NCBI GenBank assembly: GCA_039621445.1
Contig: CP154954.1
Location: 42,778,632 to 42,842,631, forward strand
Length of the DNA: 64,000 nt
DNA from: Euglena gracilis
Lineage: Eukaryota
Direction: 5' to 3'
Below are positions 28,101 through 64,000 of this stretch, one piece after another. The notes under the pieces are model-generated. The model saw only the letters and a program-made list of their open reading frames with translations, was not told the DNA's origin and searched no databases. Within the stretch, counting starts at the first letter, position 1; every line of letters begins with the position of its first letter. The position numbers and the translations under genes were made by a program.

Positions 28101-31100
28101 TAAACTCCAGCCACTCGCAGCCCTCACCCCGTATTCTGGTGGGATTTCGAAGATTGCAGCGGTGTTTTTGGGCCGCCCCAGGTTCGCATTTTCCGCTCTC
28201 TATCTAAATAATTCCCTTTTTTGCCAATCGGTCTAAAAGTAATGGTAGCCAATGCTTCTTGCTTCTTGTCAGGCCAAAAATTGGTAACCAACGGCTCAGA
28301 GAGGGGCTAATTAGCCCCGTGTGCCAGACAATTCCAACACCCAAGGTGGAGGGGAGTTCCCAACAGCAAAAAGTTTAGTTCTTAACTTCACTTTTTTGTA
28401 CTTCTTTGTCTGGCTTTGGCCCATTCCCAACACATCCTTGCGGCCCATGCAAATCCTGGCTATGCAGCATGTGCCCCCCCCAGGGATGCATGTGAAGTCT
28501 GTTGGTCTGTTGGTATTGAGGTGGGTGGTCGGGGGGGGGGCAGAGCTCTTATCTCTTTAGAGCAAGAGCGAAGCCTACCACCAGGGAAGAGGGGTGGTAG
28601 AACCCCCTTCCCCCCCCCAGCCCCTGGGTAGTTGATGAAAACCGCCGATTATCACCATGACCCCGGCCTCGTTGTCGTTCTTCGCGGCCGTTTTTTTTTT
28701 GTAGTCCTGGCCAATCCCACCCTCTGGGCTCTGGGGAGGGCCTCTAGAGGGGGGTTGGCAGTTCCACATTCCCTGGGCAGGCGCTCCAAGGCACCCATAT
28801 CCGGCCCTGGAAGGGCACTTGGCAAGGAGCCTTTTGAGTGGCACAGTGGGTTTACAGGGTTTTCTGAAGCCAGAGGGGACCCCCCGGCAGCGTTGTATGG
28901 GAAGCTCCACAGACATGACGTACGTGGTAGGGGTCCCCCCCCAGTGTCGGAAGGGGGTCGCCCCACCCCCCTCCCCCTCCTCTGCGGGGCAAAAAAAAAT
29001 TCCGGCGCTTCGTGATAGGTGTGTATTTTAGGACTTTTTTGAGGCTCAACGTGCAATTTTGGCAAAATGGACAAAAAATGGCCGTAACTCGGGACTGGTT
29101 GGTAGTTGAGTGGAAATCAAAATACTGTTAGATGGGGCATTTTAAGGGCTCAATTTGGTCTTTTGACATTTCCTCTGATTCCCCATCATTTTCGAGATAT
29201 TTCAGAAAAATTGCTTTTTGGACCCCCCAAAAAACGGCCAAAATTTTCGGTGACCGAAAACTAGAGGTAGGAGGGGGTCCCCCCATCTCAGAGATTCCCA
29301 TACAACCCTGCCCCCCAGAGGGTCCAGCCAGCCAGAGGGGGGGGTAGGTTAGGGTTCAAGTTGGGAAGAAGCTCAGGTTTTAGGGTTCCAATCAGGGATA
29401 GGATTAGGGTGAGAAGTGAGATTTGGGTTGGGGGTGGGGTGGGGGGAGGGGGCTGGGGATAACTATGCAAAGGGATCTATGGTATGCTATGGCACACCAA
29501 AAACATGGATATGCGATACCCTAGGATTGTGTTTGAACGGTGCAGACCTCATCAGCAAAATCCATTTCATGTGGCCGTCAGACCTCTCGTCTTTGGAGCT
29601 CCTCCTTTCCTTCCTCTCTTCCTCCTTGCACATTGAAAAGCCCAAACCCCCACCCCCCGGGGGCTGGGCGACAGCGGGACAACAATGGTCCACACACGGC
29701 AGCAGCTGAGGGCAGAGAAGGGGACGGAAGAATGACAGGAAGGAGCGGGGGCGGGGCAAAAAGCCTGAGGGGCTTCTTTGAGGCCCGAGGTTTCATCCGT
29801 GGTCCCTTGCAGCCCGGACAGTGTTTGCCGACCCAATGTGGTTGCCTGCGGAAGACGGGTTGATCATGGGGGGGGGAGACGTTCATTGCAATTTGATGCT
29901 TTGGCGCAGATCCCTGTTGGCCATGCCTGCAAAATCAAACAAAAATTGAGAGGAGGTGTCACCTTTTCCATTAAAACAGCTCAACTCTCAGACCAATAAT
30001 TAAATCAACAACAGCCCCTAAGGCATTCTTTTCAAAAACCCCGGGGATCAATTGGCCAGTCATTTTGCAAGCCACCAGAAAGAAGCCACAAGTTAGATCC
30101 CTCGGGGGGGGGGGGTCCGGGGTCCTCCCGAAAGGGGGGAAAAAAAACGTTGAGGGGGAAATAGGACTTTTTTCGGTTTTTTGGGGGGGCTGACTTTGCT
30201 CCAAAAATTGCCGAAAATGGGCATTTTTGGCAGGTTTTGGGGGGCCAAAAATTTCCGGCGCTAAAATTTTCTGCTGGCCAGCGCTGTCGGTGGATCCCCC
30301 TGTGAGGGTCCACTGGGATGCCCACTGGCAAAATTAGGACAAGCTGAAATCCAGCCCCTCTCCTTCCCCCTGGTGCACTGCGAACCCTTTCCCAGAAGCC
30401 TGCTCGAAGGTGTATGGGTTGCTGTTGGCAAAAGAAAAATCATGGCCGAAAGATCTGGAGAGCAGGGGGAAAAATCTAACCAGAACCATGAAAAGCCCAA
30501 ATTCCATTTTTATCTGCTTTTAACTGACTCTCGATCGCTCGTTCTCGGAACAAGTATATCAAGCATAACACACAGAACATAATGACACCCACACCCACAC
30601 ACACCCACTGCTCCAAAAGTGGGAAAGAAAAGGTGACCATTTCGGCGGCTGGTTCCGACGTTTGGAGGAGGAATACTGGTGTCCAGTGAAGGAGAACAGA
30701 TCTGGGAAATGAGAGAGAGAATGTGGGTGTGTGTGTTTGCGTGTTTGCAGAGGTGAATTTTGGGACGCGTCTGTCTGCATCTCAGAAACCGGGTTAGGCT
30801 GGGAGGGCAAGAGGGGATGACGGGAGGGGGCAGCAAGAGACGGTGACATGGAACTCTGCGGTGGCAGGCCCCATGTTAATGGGGAAGGGAAGGAGGACCC
30901 TCGCCCATTCGGGCCTGCGAAGGCTGCAGGCAGCGGTGCGGTGGGGCTGTGGGGTCAGGACACCTCGGGAGGCCATGGAGACCAATGGTGGTGCACTCCA
31001 GCCATGACGCGGGGGCGAGGGGCACCAAGGCTGCTCTCCTGTGGCGTGCCCCTTAATGGGGCCATTTGTAGTATGGGTAGTCTTGGCGTACCCCCCACCA

Positions 31101-32506
31101 CCACCTGTGGGGGTTCGGGGATTCCCGTACAGCCCTTCCCCTCGTCCCTAGGGGGGGGGTGGGGGGCAGGGTTGCCCCTTGTCAGGTGGGTGGGTGGATG
31201 GGGCATCCGCGGGGTTAACGAGCAGGTCGTTGCCACCCTTTAGAATTCCGAAAACTATCCCGGTGCATTGTGTGCAGGGGGGTTCGACCAACCCCCCTCC
31301 CCTAATTTCCAGGGGTGCCGATCCTTAGGTCAAAACTTTCCTTGCTCCTTTGCCACGAAGGAATGGGCGGTACCACAATGACCTCGCATACAGCCCTGGG
31401 GGGGGGTCAATTTTGGGTTCCAAATTTTCAAAAAAAAATCAAAAAAACGGAGGAAAATCCCCCAACCGCTTAACCCTCGAAGGGTGGGTCAAATGCGAAC
31501 TCGCCCACCACTTTACCTTCCCCTTCCCTTCTCACGGGAGGGCATCGTTTAAAAAATTCCTGGGCATGAACCCTTCCCCTCCAGGGGGGGGTGTCAGTGT
31601 GGGGGGTCGGTGGGCGAAATGCCCGATACTGGGTGAGGTGAGCATTGTGTAAAATATCAGTGGCAGCCATCGTTGTTGGAAAAGGGGGAGGGGTGAGTTT
31701 TTTCGATGCGACACGATGGGGAAAAGGGCACTTCCAAGCCTCGCAAAAACCATTTGAAGACCTTTAAGCCTCGTTCTAAAAAGGCCCTTGCATAAACTTT
31801 TCAGATAAAAACTAATCTCCAAAAAGGATTTACATCAATCAAATACCCAAAATCTGCCCTCTTCTGACGCTTCACATCGCCCACCCCCCCTTGTCGAAGA
31901 CAGCCTCTTCTTGACCCATCCACGTCAATGGGACAATGGCATGTCTTCAAACAACACGCCACCACATAAAAAAAGGTTTAATCCCAACTTGTTTTTCATT
32001 TTGGTGCTGCTTTCCTGACACAGAACTCGACATAAAACCCCAGTGTCAACTTTAACACCCCAAACGTTTGAAGACAGCATGGCTTCCACCACATGAGCAT
32101 CACCGGTGATCAGTGCACCGGTGAGACAGGCACACACAAGAGACGTTTTGGGGGCATTTATTAGCACCTCACTGAAAAGAGTGGGGAGGGGAGATACGAA
32201 TTCAAGAGGAGGAAATAACACAGAGAGGAGGTGTGACTGCGATGTGAGAGACACAGCAATTCACAACCGATCACTGGCTGTCTTTGTAAGACTCCCCGAC
32301 CTATCTTGACGAAAAGGGGTGGGGGGGCGATTTTCTCTCAGAGTCTCGGGGGAACGCCATACAAGCCAGCAACCCCCTCTCCCAGGGGAGGGAGCTGGCA
32401 TTGTCACAGCGCGGAAAAATTCCCACACGTGAGGTGGTGATCCTCCCCGGCCGAAGTTGTTTTATTTTATGACTTTGGTTCCCAAGGAAAACTTCTTTCC
32501 CAAGAC

Positions 32507-33587
32507 CAGGCACCTATGGTCACTTCCCATTTTGGTGCTCTGGTCGGCCCTGGTCGGCCCTGGTCGGCCCTGGTCGGCAAATAGTCGGCCATAGGTGGGG
32601 GGTATCCGTCACAGAAAAAATGTGAAAGATGCAATGATTCCCTGAATTGTCCCGCGAAGATCAAAAGGAAGTGCCCCATAAGCTGAGCCATCAGAGCACA
32701 AAACAAAAATGCAAAGGTCAATGTGCGGCTCTTCACGCAGAGATGTCAAACAATCTCTTGTTCATGTAAATAAAGGCTAAGGAGGTGAGCGTCGTATCAG
32801 ATGTATTCAAGCGATCCGATGTTTGAATGGAAAAAAAGCTGGTATGAAAAACAATTTTTGACGGCATCGAACAATTCATTCATTAGCATCCTCATTCGTA
32901 ACAGCCTTTTGACTGCTGATTGACTGCTTTGGCTCCTTTAAGACCACTTTGGTTGGCCAAAGCCAATTTTAGACCATTGGCCACAAGCATCTCCCCTGAT
33001 CTTGTGTAATATCTTATCCATTGCACCTTGTCCAGCATCTGCATCTTGTCCAGCATCTGCATCCAGCATCGCCCAGCATCCTCAGCATCATCAGAGGTGC
33101 TTGATCCAGAGGGAAAGCTGCCGAATTCCTTCATCCATTCCCCTTCGGTCGGCCAACCACATGCAAATCGGCCCTGGTCGGCCCTGCTCGGCCCCGGTCG
33201 GAACCCCCACCCACAGGGGTCCTGAAAATCATACCTCCCCCCCCCCCCCGGGAAACTGTCACCTGACAGGTTGGCCAGTACCGGGGACCCTGACAACTTC
33301 CTATCATGACAGTTTGGCCGGTACCAGGGACCCTGACAGTTTCCCGGGCAGGACCCTGACAGTTTCCCGGGAAGGGCATTTCAAGGGAAAGTCAATGAAA
33401 AATGACCCTAACAGGTTGGCCGGTACCAGGGACCCTGACAACTTCCTACACTGACAGGTTGGCCGGTACTGGGGACCCTGACAGTTTCCTGGGCGGGACC
33501 CTGATGGGTTCTCGGGCATGACAGTTTCCTGGGGGGGGGGGGGTAGGTAGTCACCCCTGGTCGGCCCTGGTCGGCCGTAGGTGCCTG
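32507..33587. mobile_element. hAT-type MITE with (GGTCGGCCCT)n arrays and a nested TA-MITE (approx. 33234-33548)
   Basis: CAGGCACCTATGG...CCGTAGGTGCCTG; TSD CCCAAGAC/CCCAAGGC (7/8). Confidence 0.88.
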
Positions 33588-34542
33588 CCCAAGGCTGAGA
33601 AAGATGGGGTGAGGGGGCTTTGTTTTGCCAAATTATAGTGTGCCAAAAAAGATTTTAATTGCCCCTGGAGTTTGTGGGTGGTTACTCAACCCCAAACCCT
33701 AAAGCCTATGATATCCCATAGGCTGCGGTGGTGGTGTGTCACACACTAGTATAGCCCTGCCCCACACATCAGCACCCCAGCCCCACACATCAGCACCCCA
33801 GCCAGCTGTGCCACAGGGCTGGTTGGGAGGCTGAAACCAGCTGTGTGAGAGGGGAAAAAATCTTTCAATCTGCGACCCTTTTCGTTTGAAACTCAAACCC
33901 CAGCCCAGGCAAGGGGTGAGGTGATCAATGTTTGGGTGGCTTTTGGACATGATGGTGACCCCTGTCAACACTGAAAAGAATTTCCTTGCAGATTCTGGTG
34001 GACTGGGCACTCCCATGCTTGATTTTAGGTGGCTCTGAGTGGCTGGACAAACCTTTCGGTTTTGCTTCACATAAATTCAAATTGATTTCATTTTATTCAT
34101 GGTATATATTCCACTCAACCATGGTCCTTTTATGACCTTCACAATGTCCTTAGCTCAGCACGATCAAAAACCTGGTCTTAATTGGGGGCTGTGCAGTCAA
34201 GATTCAATTTCTTGAGTGAGGTTGGGTCACCGAGGGAAAAGACGACATTCTTTAACCCCCACTGCCATAAAATTTGAAAAATGCTTTTTTTAATAATCCG
34301 ATTTACATGTGATCAAATGGGAGGGGGAGGGGAAAAAGGTTCTGGCACAAAATACGAAATCATTTTTGACCCAAACCACATCTGGTCGGGGGGTTTCCAC
34401 TGCCTGATTTCTGGACACCTGAAGCCCCCTCCTAAAGGAACCCCGACAGAGGCCACGCCCCATCCTCCCAAAACCAGTTGCATGAAAACAGCCGGGGTTG
34501 CAAAGGGGTCGGGGAAAGGGGACTGGGGGTGTGCCACTGCTG

Positions 34543-56552
<22,010 letters not shown>

Positions 56553-58163
56553 GACGGTTGTTTGAATATCCTTGGGGAGGGGGACAGTGGTTGATCAGCA
56601 GCCCCCTGCCTTTGGTCTTGCTTCCTCCAAGGGGTCACTCCATGCAGAAGCTGCTGGAGCACACTTCAGACTTCAGGTTATGTTTGGTCAAAAATTCAGT
56701 GTTAAGAAAGGGGACAATAGTTAAAACCCGTATTTCCCAAAAACTTAGCCATATTTAGCCATATGCATTAAAAAGTAGCTACATGTTTGGCTTTGTGCCG
56801 AAAATTTCTGGCTTAAGGCCCCCTGGCACGGGACTCCCCGTGCCAGGGAGGCGTCCAAAATAAAGAGAAACTTAGTGGCAGTACTGTGGGTACTGCATGC
56901 GTTGACCTCCTGTTTCCCCCCTTGTCAAATTCAATGGCCGCAATACCAGAAATCGCCAACTTTACTTACTTTGAATGTAATTGGCTGAAAAGATTTAACA
57001 GCCCGCAGTGCTGGCGAGCTTGGGATCCTGTGAGATGCAGGGGAGGGGGGAGGACGGCCGAAGAACTTCCAAAAGTGGCAATGTGGAAATAAATGAAAAA
57101 AAAGAGATTAATTCCGAAAAAATTCTGTTTTCCTGGAGATCGTGCAATTTTATTGAAACCCAAAATCATATGCTCTGGAATGGCTGCTTCAAAAAATTTC
57201 TTCTGACGTTGCTGGGGTGACAGAGTCAGATCTTCGCAGAATGCTCCAGCCCACAACCTGGGCCCGCCCCGAGTGCTTAGCGGCTTCAAACACCTGCTGA
57301 ACCGCTTCTAATAAGGCCAGCCGCAAGTTTACAGGGGAACCCCGGAACACAAACGGCGAAGACGAAAGGGGGCAGGGGGGGAGGAACGAGCAGGTCCCAC
57401 AGGGGAAGCCCCTGCAACGGATGGCAGCGAAGATAAGGGAGGGGAGGGTGGGGGGCCGGGGTCCCCGACAGCGGACGGGGTTTGGAAGACGGCCGAAAGG
57501 GGGGAAGGGAGGTCCGCCAGCGGGGACTGAGAAAGGGGGGAACGGAGGGACCCAGGGAAGACGGGCGGGATCGGGGGGGGACACCAGGAGAGTGCCCGGG
57601 GGCCCTCTCTGGGGCAGGGGCACCGGGGGGCACGGGCAAAAGTTGACACTTTTCGACCGTTGGTCGGCACAAACCATCCGACACCGGGACAATTTCACGC
57701 CATTGTAATCATTCCTGAAACAATATTCATTTTTTTCTTCAACTTGAGAAATGTGCCTTTTCCAACAAAACATGTTAAAATCCTCAAAAAAATTGCCTAG
57801 ACAGGTGAAGAGAAAAGTACCAACAAGGAGCAAGCACAGAGGGTGGAGAAGGACATCGGGCGGGGGGGGGGGGGAGGTGTCCCATATTCCTTTTAGAATA
57901 TTTCATAAAATCGCCATAAACAGATGAGATCCAAGAAAAAAAACAAAATAATGTCAGAAATGTGCCTGATCCAACCCTGTAAGGCCAGACAGCCGTGGGA
58001 TGTCACATAGAACATGGAAAAGAAAGTGGGTGGTCGGACTGTTGGCAGTTTTGTCAAGGGTAATCCCTGGACTATCAACACGATTCAAAACCAATTCATC
58101 CTCCCCGCTGATAAATTCAAAAATCAAAATCAACCTGCACTGCACACACACGGAAACACAGAT

Positions 58164-58206
<43 letters not shown>

Positions 58207-58334
58207 TGGGATGTATGTATGCATACACACATGTGTAAATATGTGCACATATGTAAATACATACATGCATGATGCACATAATTACGCCCAACTGCAACCG
58301 ACCCTCCGACCTACCGACGTACAGACATGTCTCC

Positions 58335-58770
58335 ATACATACATACATACATACATACATACATACATACATACATACATACATACATACATACATACAT
58401 ACATACATACATACATACATACATACATACATACATACATACATACATACATACATACATACAGACATCCAGACAGACATACATACATACATACATACAT
58501 ACATACATACATACATACATACAGACATACAGACATACATACATACGACAGGCACACAGACATACATACAGACATACATACATACAGACATACATACAGA
58601 CAGACAGACGACATACATACATACATACATACATACATACATACATACATACATACATACATACATACATACATACATACATGCATGCATGCATACATAC
58701 ATACATACAACCATACAACCATACAACCATACAACCATACAACCATACATACATACACACACACATACAT

Positions 58771-58858
<88 letters not shown>

Positions 58859-59393
58859 TACAGACAGACAGACATACATACAGACATACAGACAGACAAT
58901 ACAGACAGACAGACAGACAGACAGACATACAGACAGACAGACATACACATACATACAGACATACAGACAGACATACAGACATACATATACATACAGACAT
59001 ACAGACTACAGCAAGACATACATACATACATACATACAGACATGCATAGATACAGAAAGACATACATACATACAGACAGACAGACATACATACATACATA
59101 CACATACATACATACATACATACCGACAGACAGACATACAGACAGACAGACATACATACAGACAGACATACATACAAGACAGACAGACAGACATACAGAC
59201 ATACAGGCATGCATGCAGGCAGCAGGCATACAGAACATACAGACAGACAGACAGACAGACAGACATACATACAGACAGACAGACAGACAGAACATACAGA
59301 CAGACAGACATACAGACAGAATACAGACAGACAGACATACAGACAGACAGACAGACAGACTACGACAGACAGGCACACAGACAGACATACAGC

Positions 59394-59438
<45 letters not shown>

Positions 59439-59467
59439 CAGACAGCGACAGACAGACAGACAGACAT

Positions 59468-59510
<43 letters not shown>

Positions 59511-59663
59511 CAGACAGACAGACATACAGACAGACAGATACAGACATACAGGCAGGCAGGCAGACATACAGACAGACAACCAGACAACCAGACAACCAGA
59601 CACAACCATACAACCGACAGACAGACAACACACATACAGACAGACAGACAGACAGACAGACAT

Positions 59664-59715
<52 letters not shown>

Positions 59716-59835
59716 CAGACATACAGACAGACAGACAGACAGCCAGACAGACAGACATACATACAGACAGACTACATACAGACAGACAGACAGATACATA
59801 CATACATACATACATACAGACAGACATACAGACAT

Positions 59836-59874
<39 letters not shown>

Positions 59875-59879
59875 TACAT

Positions 59880-59933
<54 letters not shown>

Positions 59934-59934
59934 C

Positions 59935-59990
<56 letters not shown>

Positions 59991-60192
59991 TACAGACAGA
60001 CAGACATACAGACAGACAGACAGACAGACAGACATACAGACAGACAGACAGACAGACGGACGGACAGACAGACAGACAGACAGACATACAGACAGATACA
60101 GACAGACAGACAGACAGACAGACAGCAGACATACATACAGACAGACAGACAGAACAGACAACCAGACAACCAGACAACCAGACAACAGACAC

Positions 60193-60230
<38 letters not shown>

Positions 60231-60248
60231 TGACAGACAGACAGACAT

Positions 60249-60283
<35 letters not shown>

Positions 60284-60417
60284 TAGACAGAATACAGACA
60301 GACAGACAGACAGACAGACTACAGACAGACATACAAACATACAGACAAACAGACAGACAGACAGACCGACAGACAGCCAGACAGCCAGACAGACATACAG
60401 ACTACATACAGACAGAC

Positions 60418-60448
<31 letters not shown>

Positions 60449-60684
60449 TACAGACAGACAGAACACATACAGCATACCGACAGACAGAACAGACAGACAT
60501 ACAGACATACAGACAGTACATACAGAGACAGACAGACAGACAGACCTACAGACACACATACAGACAGACCGACATGCATACAGACAGACATTCAGACAGC
60601 ATACAGACAGACAGACAGACATACAGACAGACAGAAATACAGACAGACAGACATACAGACATACAGACAGACAGACAGACAGAT

Positions 60685-60727
<43 letters not shown>

Positions 60728-60748
60728 TACAGACAGACAGACAGACAT

Positions 60749-60786
<38 letters not shown>

Positions 60787-61413
60787 CGACAGACAGACAG
60801 ACATAACAGACAGACAGACAGACAGACATACAGACAGACAGACAGAAAACAGACAACAACAGACAAACAGACAACCAGACAACCAGACAACCAGACAACC
60901 AGACAGACAGACAACAGACACAGACAGACAACATACAGACAGACAGAACAGACAGATACAGACAGACAGACATACAGACAGACAGACATACAGACAGACA
61001 GACAGACACATACATACATACTACAGACAGACATACATACAGACAGACAGACAGACATACATAACATACAACAGACAGACAGACAGACATATATACATAC
61101 AGACAAACAGACAAACAGACACACACACAGACACACACACAGACATACATACATACATACATACATACATACATACATACATACATACATACATACATAC
61201 ATACATACATACATACACACACACACATACATGCAGACATACATACATACATACATACAGACATACATACATACACACACATACATACATACATACATAC
61301 ATACATACATACATACATACATACATACATACATACATACATACATACATACATACATACATACATACATACATACATACATACATACATACATACATAC
61401 ATACATACATACA

Positions 61414-61446
<33 letters not shown>

Positions 61447-62290
61447 GTATGTATGTAGTATGTATGTATGCATGCATGCATGCATGCATGCATACATACA
61501 TGCATGCATACATACATACATACCCTCCTCCCCCTATGTCCAACGACCAGCAACCTCTGTCCTCCGACCGGGGGGGTGGTCGTTGGACATAGGGTAGTGA
61601 CCAAAAAGGTGCCCTCTGACCGGGGGGGGTGGTCGTTGGACAAGGGGTCAAAAAAAATGTTGGCGGGTAAGCGGGACCCCACCCCCCAAATAAGATCAAA
61701 TTTTCCCTTCCAGCGCTTTGCGCCGAAAATTTTGGGCAATTTTGACAAAATTTTGTCCAAAAAGTGCCAAAAATGGCATTTTGGCCAATTTTTGACCGAT
61801 TTGGGGCACAAAAATTTTCGGCCCGGCGCTTCGCGCCGGGAGCAAAAATTTGGTCAAACCTCCGAAATGGTGTCCTCTGACCGGGGGGGTGGTCGTTGGA
61901 CATAGGGGGGTCGTTGGACATAGGGGGGGGGGGTACATACATACATACATACATACATACATACATACATACATACATACATACATACATACATACATAC
62001 ATACATACATACATACATACATACATACATACATACATACATACATACACACATGCATACATGCATACATACATGCATGCATACATGCATACATGTAATC
62101 CCTGCCTTAATGACACACATATACACATACATGCACACATGCATACATGCATACATGCATACCCTGCCTTAATAACACACATATACACATACATGCACAC
62201 ATGCATACATGCATACATAGAAACATACATGCATGAATGCATGGATGCATGCATCCATCCATCCATCCATCCATCTGTCTGTCTGTCTGT
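58335..62290. repeat. ~4-kb compound (TACA)n/(GACA)n microsatellite
   Basis: Direct observation. Confidence 0.98.
61523..61933. mobile_element. TA-flanked MITE inserted in a (TACA)n microsatellite
   Basis: TA-CCCTCCTCCCCCTATGTCCAACGACC...GGTCGTTGGACATAGGGGGGGGGGG-TA. Confidence 0.9.
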
Positions 62291-64000
62291 CCGCACATTT
62301 TTTTGCAGCATTAAATCTGCACATTCCCCGCAAATTCTGAAATGGGCGACCCAAAAGGGCCCCTCTCCTAACATCCATCATCGACGTTGTGGAGAAAGTG
62401 AGTGAAAAATCCCAAAATTTATTTCAAATTCAGATTGAAATATTTCAAATAAAACAAACCGATTCCTGTGTTTGGGTTGCTTGTAAATACCTCCTCATTT
62501 TGGGGTGTTCATGAACAGGGAACTGTGGATTGGCACAAGCAGTTAAATTGCACAAATAATTATGCAAAAAATTTATCAGCTGGACGTCCTTCGCCAAAAG
62601 CCGTTTGAAACACTTTCTTGCAAAGTGATCAAAATACTATATGTGCTTCTTGATCACACACTGGCAAAAGTCTTTGTGGTGAGGACGCACAATGATGCAC
62701 AAAATAAAAAATTTAACGCATATGCCGCAGAACAAAAATGCACGGAGACCTTGTGGGACGGACAGCAGAATGACACATTCAGCAAACAGCCAGCAGGGCA
62801 CTCGTGGACACGTTTTCGTAGTTGATCAATTGGGAGGGGGCATGAACGAATGCAAAAGTCGCTTAGAGAAAACGATGCGAAGAGACAGCCACATGGGTGG
62901 CAAAAGGGAAACTGTTGTAGCACCTCTTTGTGCTACTTCGCCATCTCCGTTTGGACTATCTCCATTTGTCATCCCAAAATGGCTCCAAGATTCTTTGCCA
63001 CGGCACCATACACCCTTTTCAGGTTGATGGCCGGAAATTTGAAAACCTTTCTGTTCTTGAACACAATTCTTTTTAAAGTAAAACAAAATACGAGTCTTTG
63101 CATGTTCGTTGTTCGGCCGTTCAAATTTGTGCAGGCATTCGTTGGACATGGATGCGTTACGTTTGGTCCAATGCAAAATACCTAACCGATGCCAGCAATC
63201 GTTCAGCCTGACACAAATATGAAAACAGGAGATGGACTGCTTCTGAGGAGAGAATCACCCTTGGGGCAAAGCACATCCTTTTGCCTTTCCCCATTTAACC
63301 AGCGGTTTCCGATGGCGCATATGCCAGAACAAATGACTGTCTGTCAGGGGTGTGACGACACCGCTGACAAAAACACAACTCTGATAGCAACCACCCATTT
63401 AGATATTGAAACCTTCTGAAACATTTTTCTTGCAACGAAGCATCAGAAACCTTCTTGATTTGCGCAGGCAGAAACAACTCGCCGGTGGAAAAAAAAACTT
63501 GGCTTTTTGAGGTATTTTTTAAGGGTGTTTTTTTGGTTCTTAAGGCGTGTCAAGGTTTTTGGCATTTTTTTCCAAGGGCGGTTCAAGCATCGAACGGGGT
63601 TCAAAATATAAAAAGCCGAACCCCGTTTTTTTTTCTTTCACAATGCTCCAGCGGTGGCATCATTTCTCTTGGAGTTGTCTTGTTTTTGCCGAGATTTTGC
63701 GGTTTTGTTTTGTTTTGATTTGACAAAATTCTGAAAATTGTTTTTTTTTGAGGTTCTTTAAGCTGTTTTTTTTAAAGGTTTTTCAGGCATTTTGTTCAAA
63801 AATCAAGGCGCTTTAAACTTTTTAAAGGCTTTTTAAGGCGCCTCTAAAGAAATAATGCCTGTTGTCCACTGGCATGATCGAGACCGTCACATCCTAACTT
63901 GACTTTTGTTGACGTCTCCCAACCTTTCACCGGTTTTTCCTCAAGCGAGAAATCCTTGGATGAGTTGATCCCCAGGTTGCCTCACCATGCCCCATCTGCT

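Noticed and set aside
58130-62405. ORFs of 400-1004 aa
   Set aside because: Translations of stop-free (TACA)n/(GACA)n microsatellite.
62450-63860. Possible decayed hAT transposase (weak BED-finger-like C..C..HL..HM.H on the minus strand) next to a TTTAAGG-rich element
   Set aside because: Many stops and no convincing DDE or dimerisation motif by eye; needs a translated search.

Overview
Eukaryotic, repeat-rich nuclear DNA, very likely from a euglenid (Euglena-like; inferred from intron style, not a database match). Most listed ORFs are spurious. The real coding sequence is short GC-rich exons on the minus strand, joined by non-GT-AG 'nonconventional' introns whose ends base-pair (N3-CAG...CTG-N5 and covarying variants). 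Two genes can be rebuilt by hand. (1) ~56552->34543: a receptor-type class III adenylate cyclase (TM, extracellular sensor, TM, HAMP, cyclase with intact catalytic motifs). (2) ~23400->8635: an ankyrin + degenerate ADP-ribosyltransferase-like + TPR protein ending in a CaaX box (CCVLQ*). A third minus-strand gene may run off the left edge. Introns and intergenic DNA are packed with non-autonomous DNA transposons: at least 7 hAT-type MITEs (CAG/CAA...CTG/TTG ends, 8-bp TSDs), TA-flanked MITEs, a Merlin-like element and an internally deleted Tc1/IS630 (D35E) element, plus large microsatellites. The most striking observation is geometric: the intron's 3 nt + CAG...CTG + 5 nt is exactly what must be removed to excise one of these hAT MITEs plus one 8-bp TSD without a scar, which points to a hAT-MITE origin for these introns. 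Coordinates were counted by hand; those marked approximate may be off by several nt.
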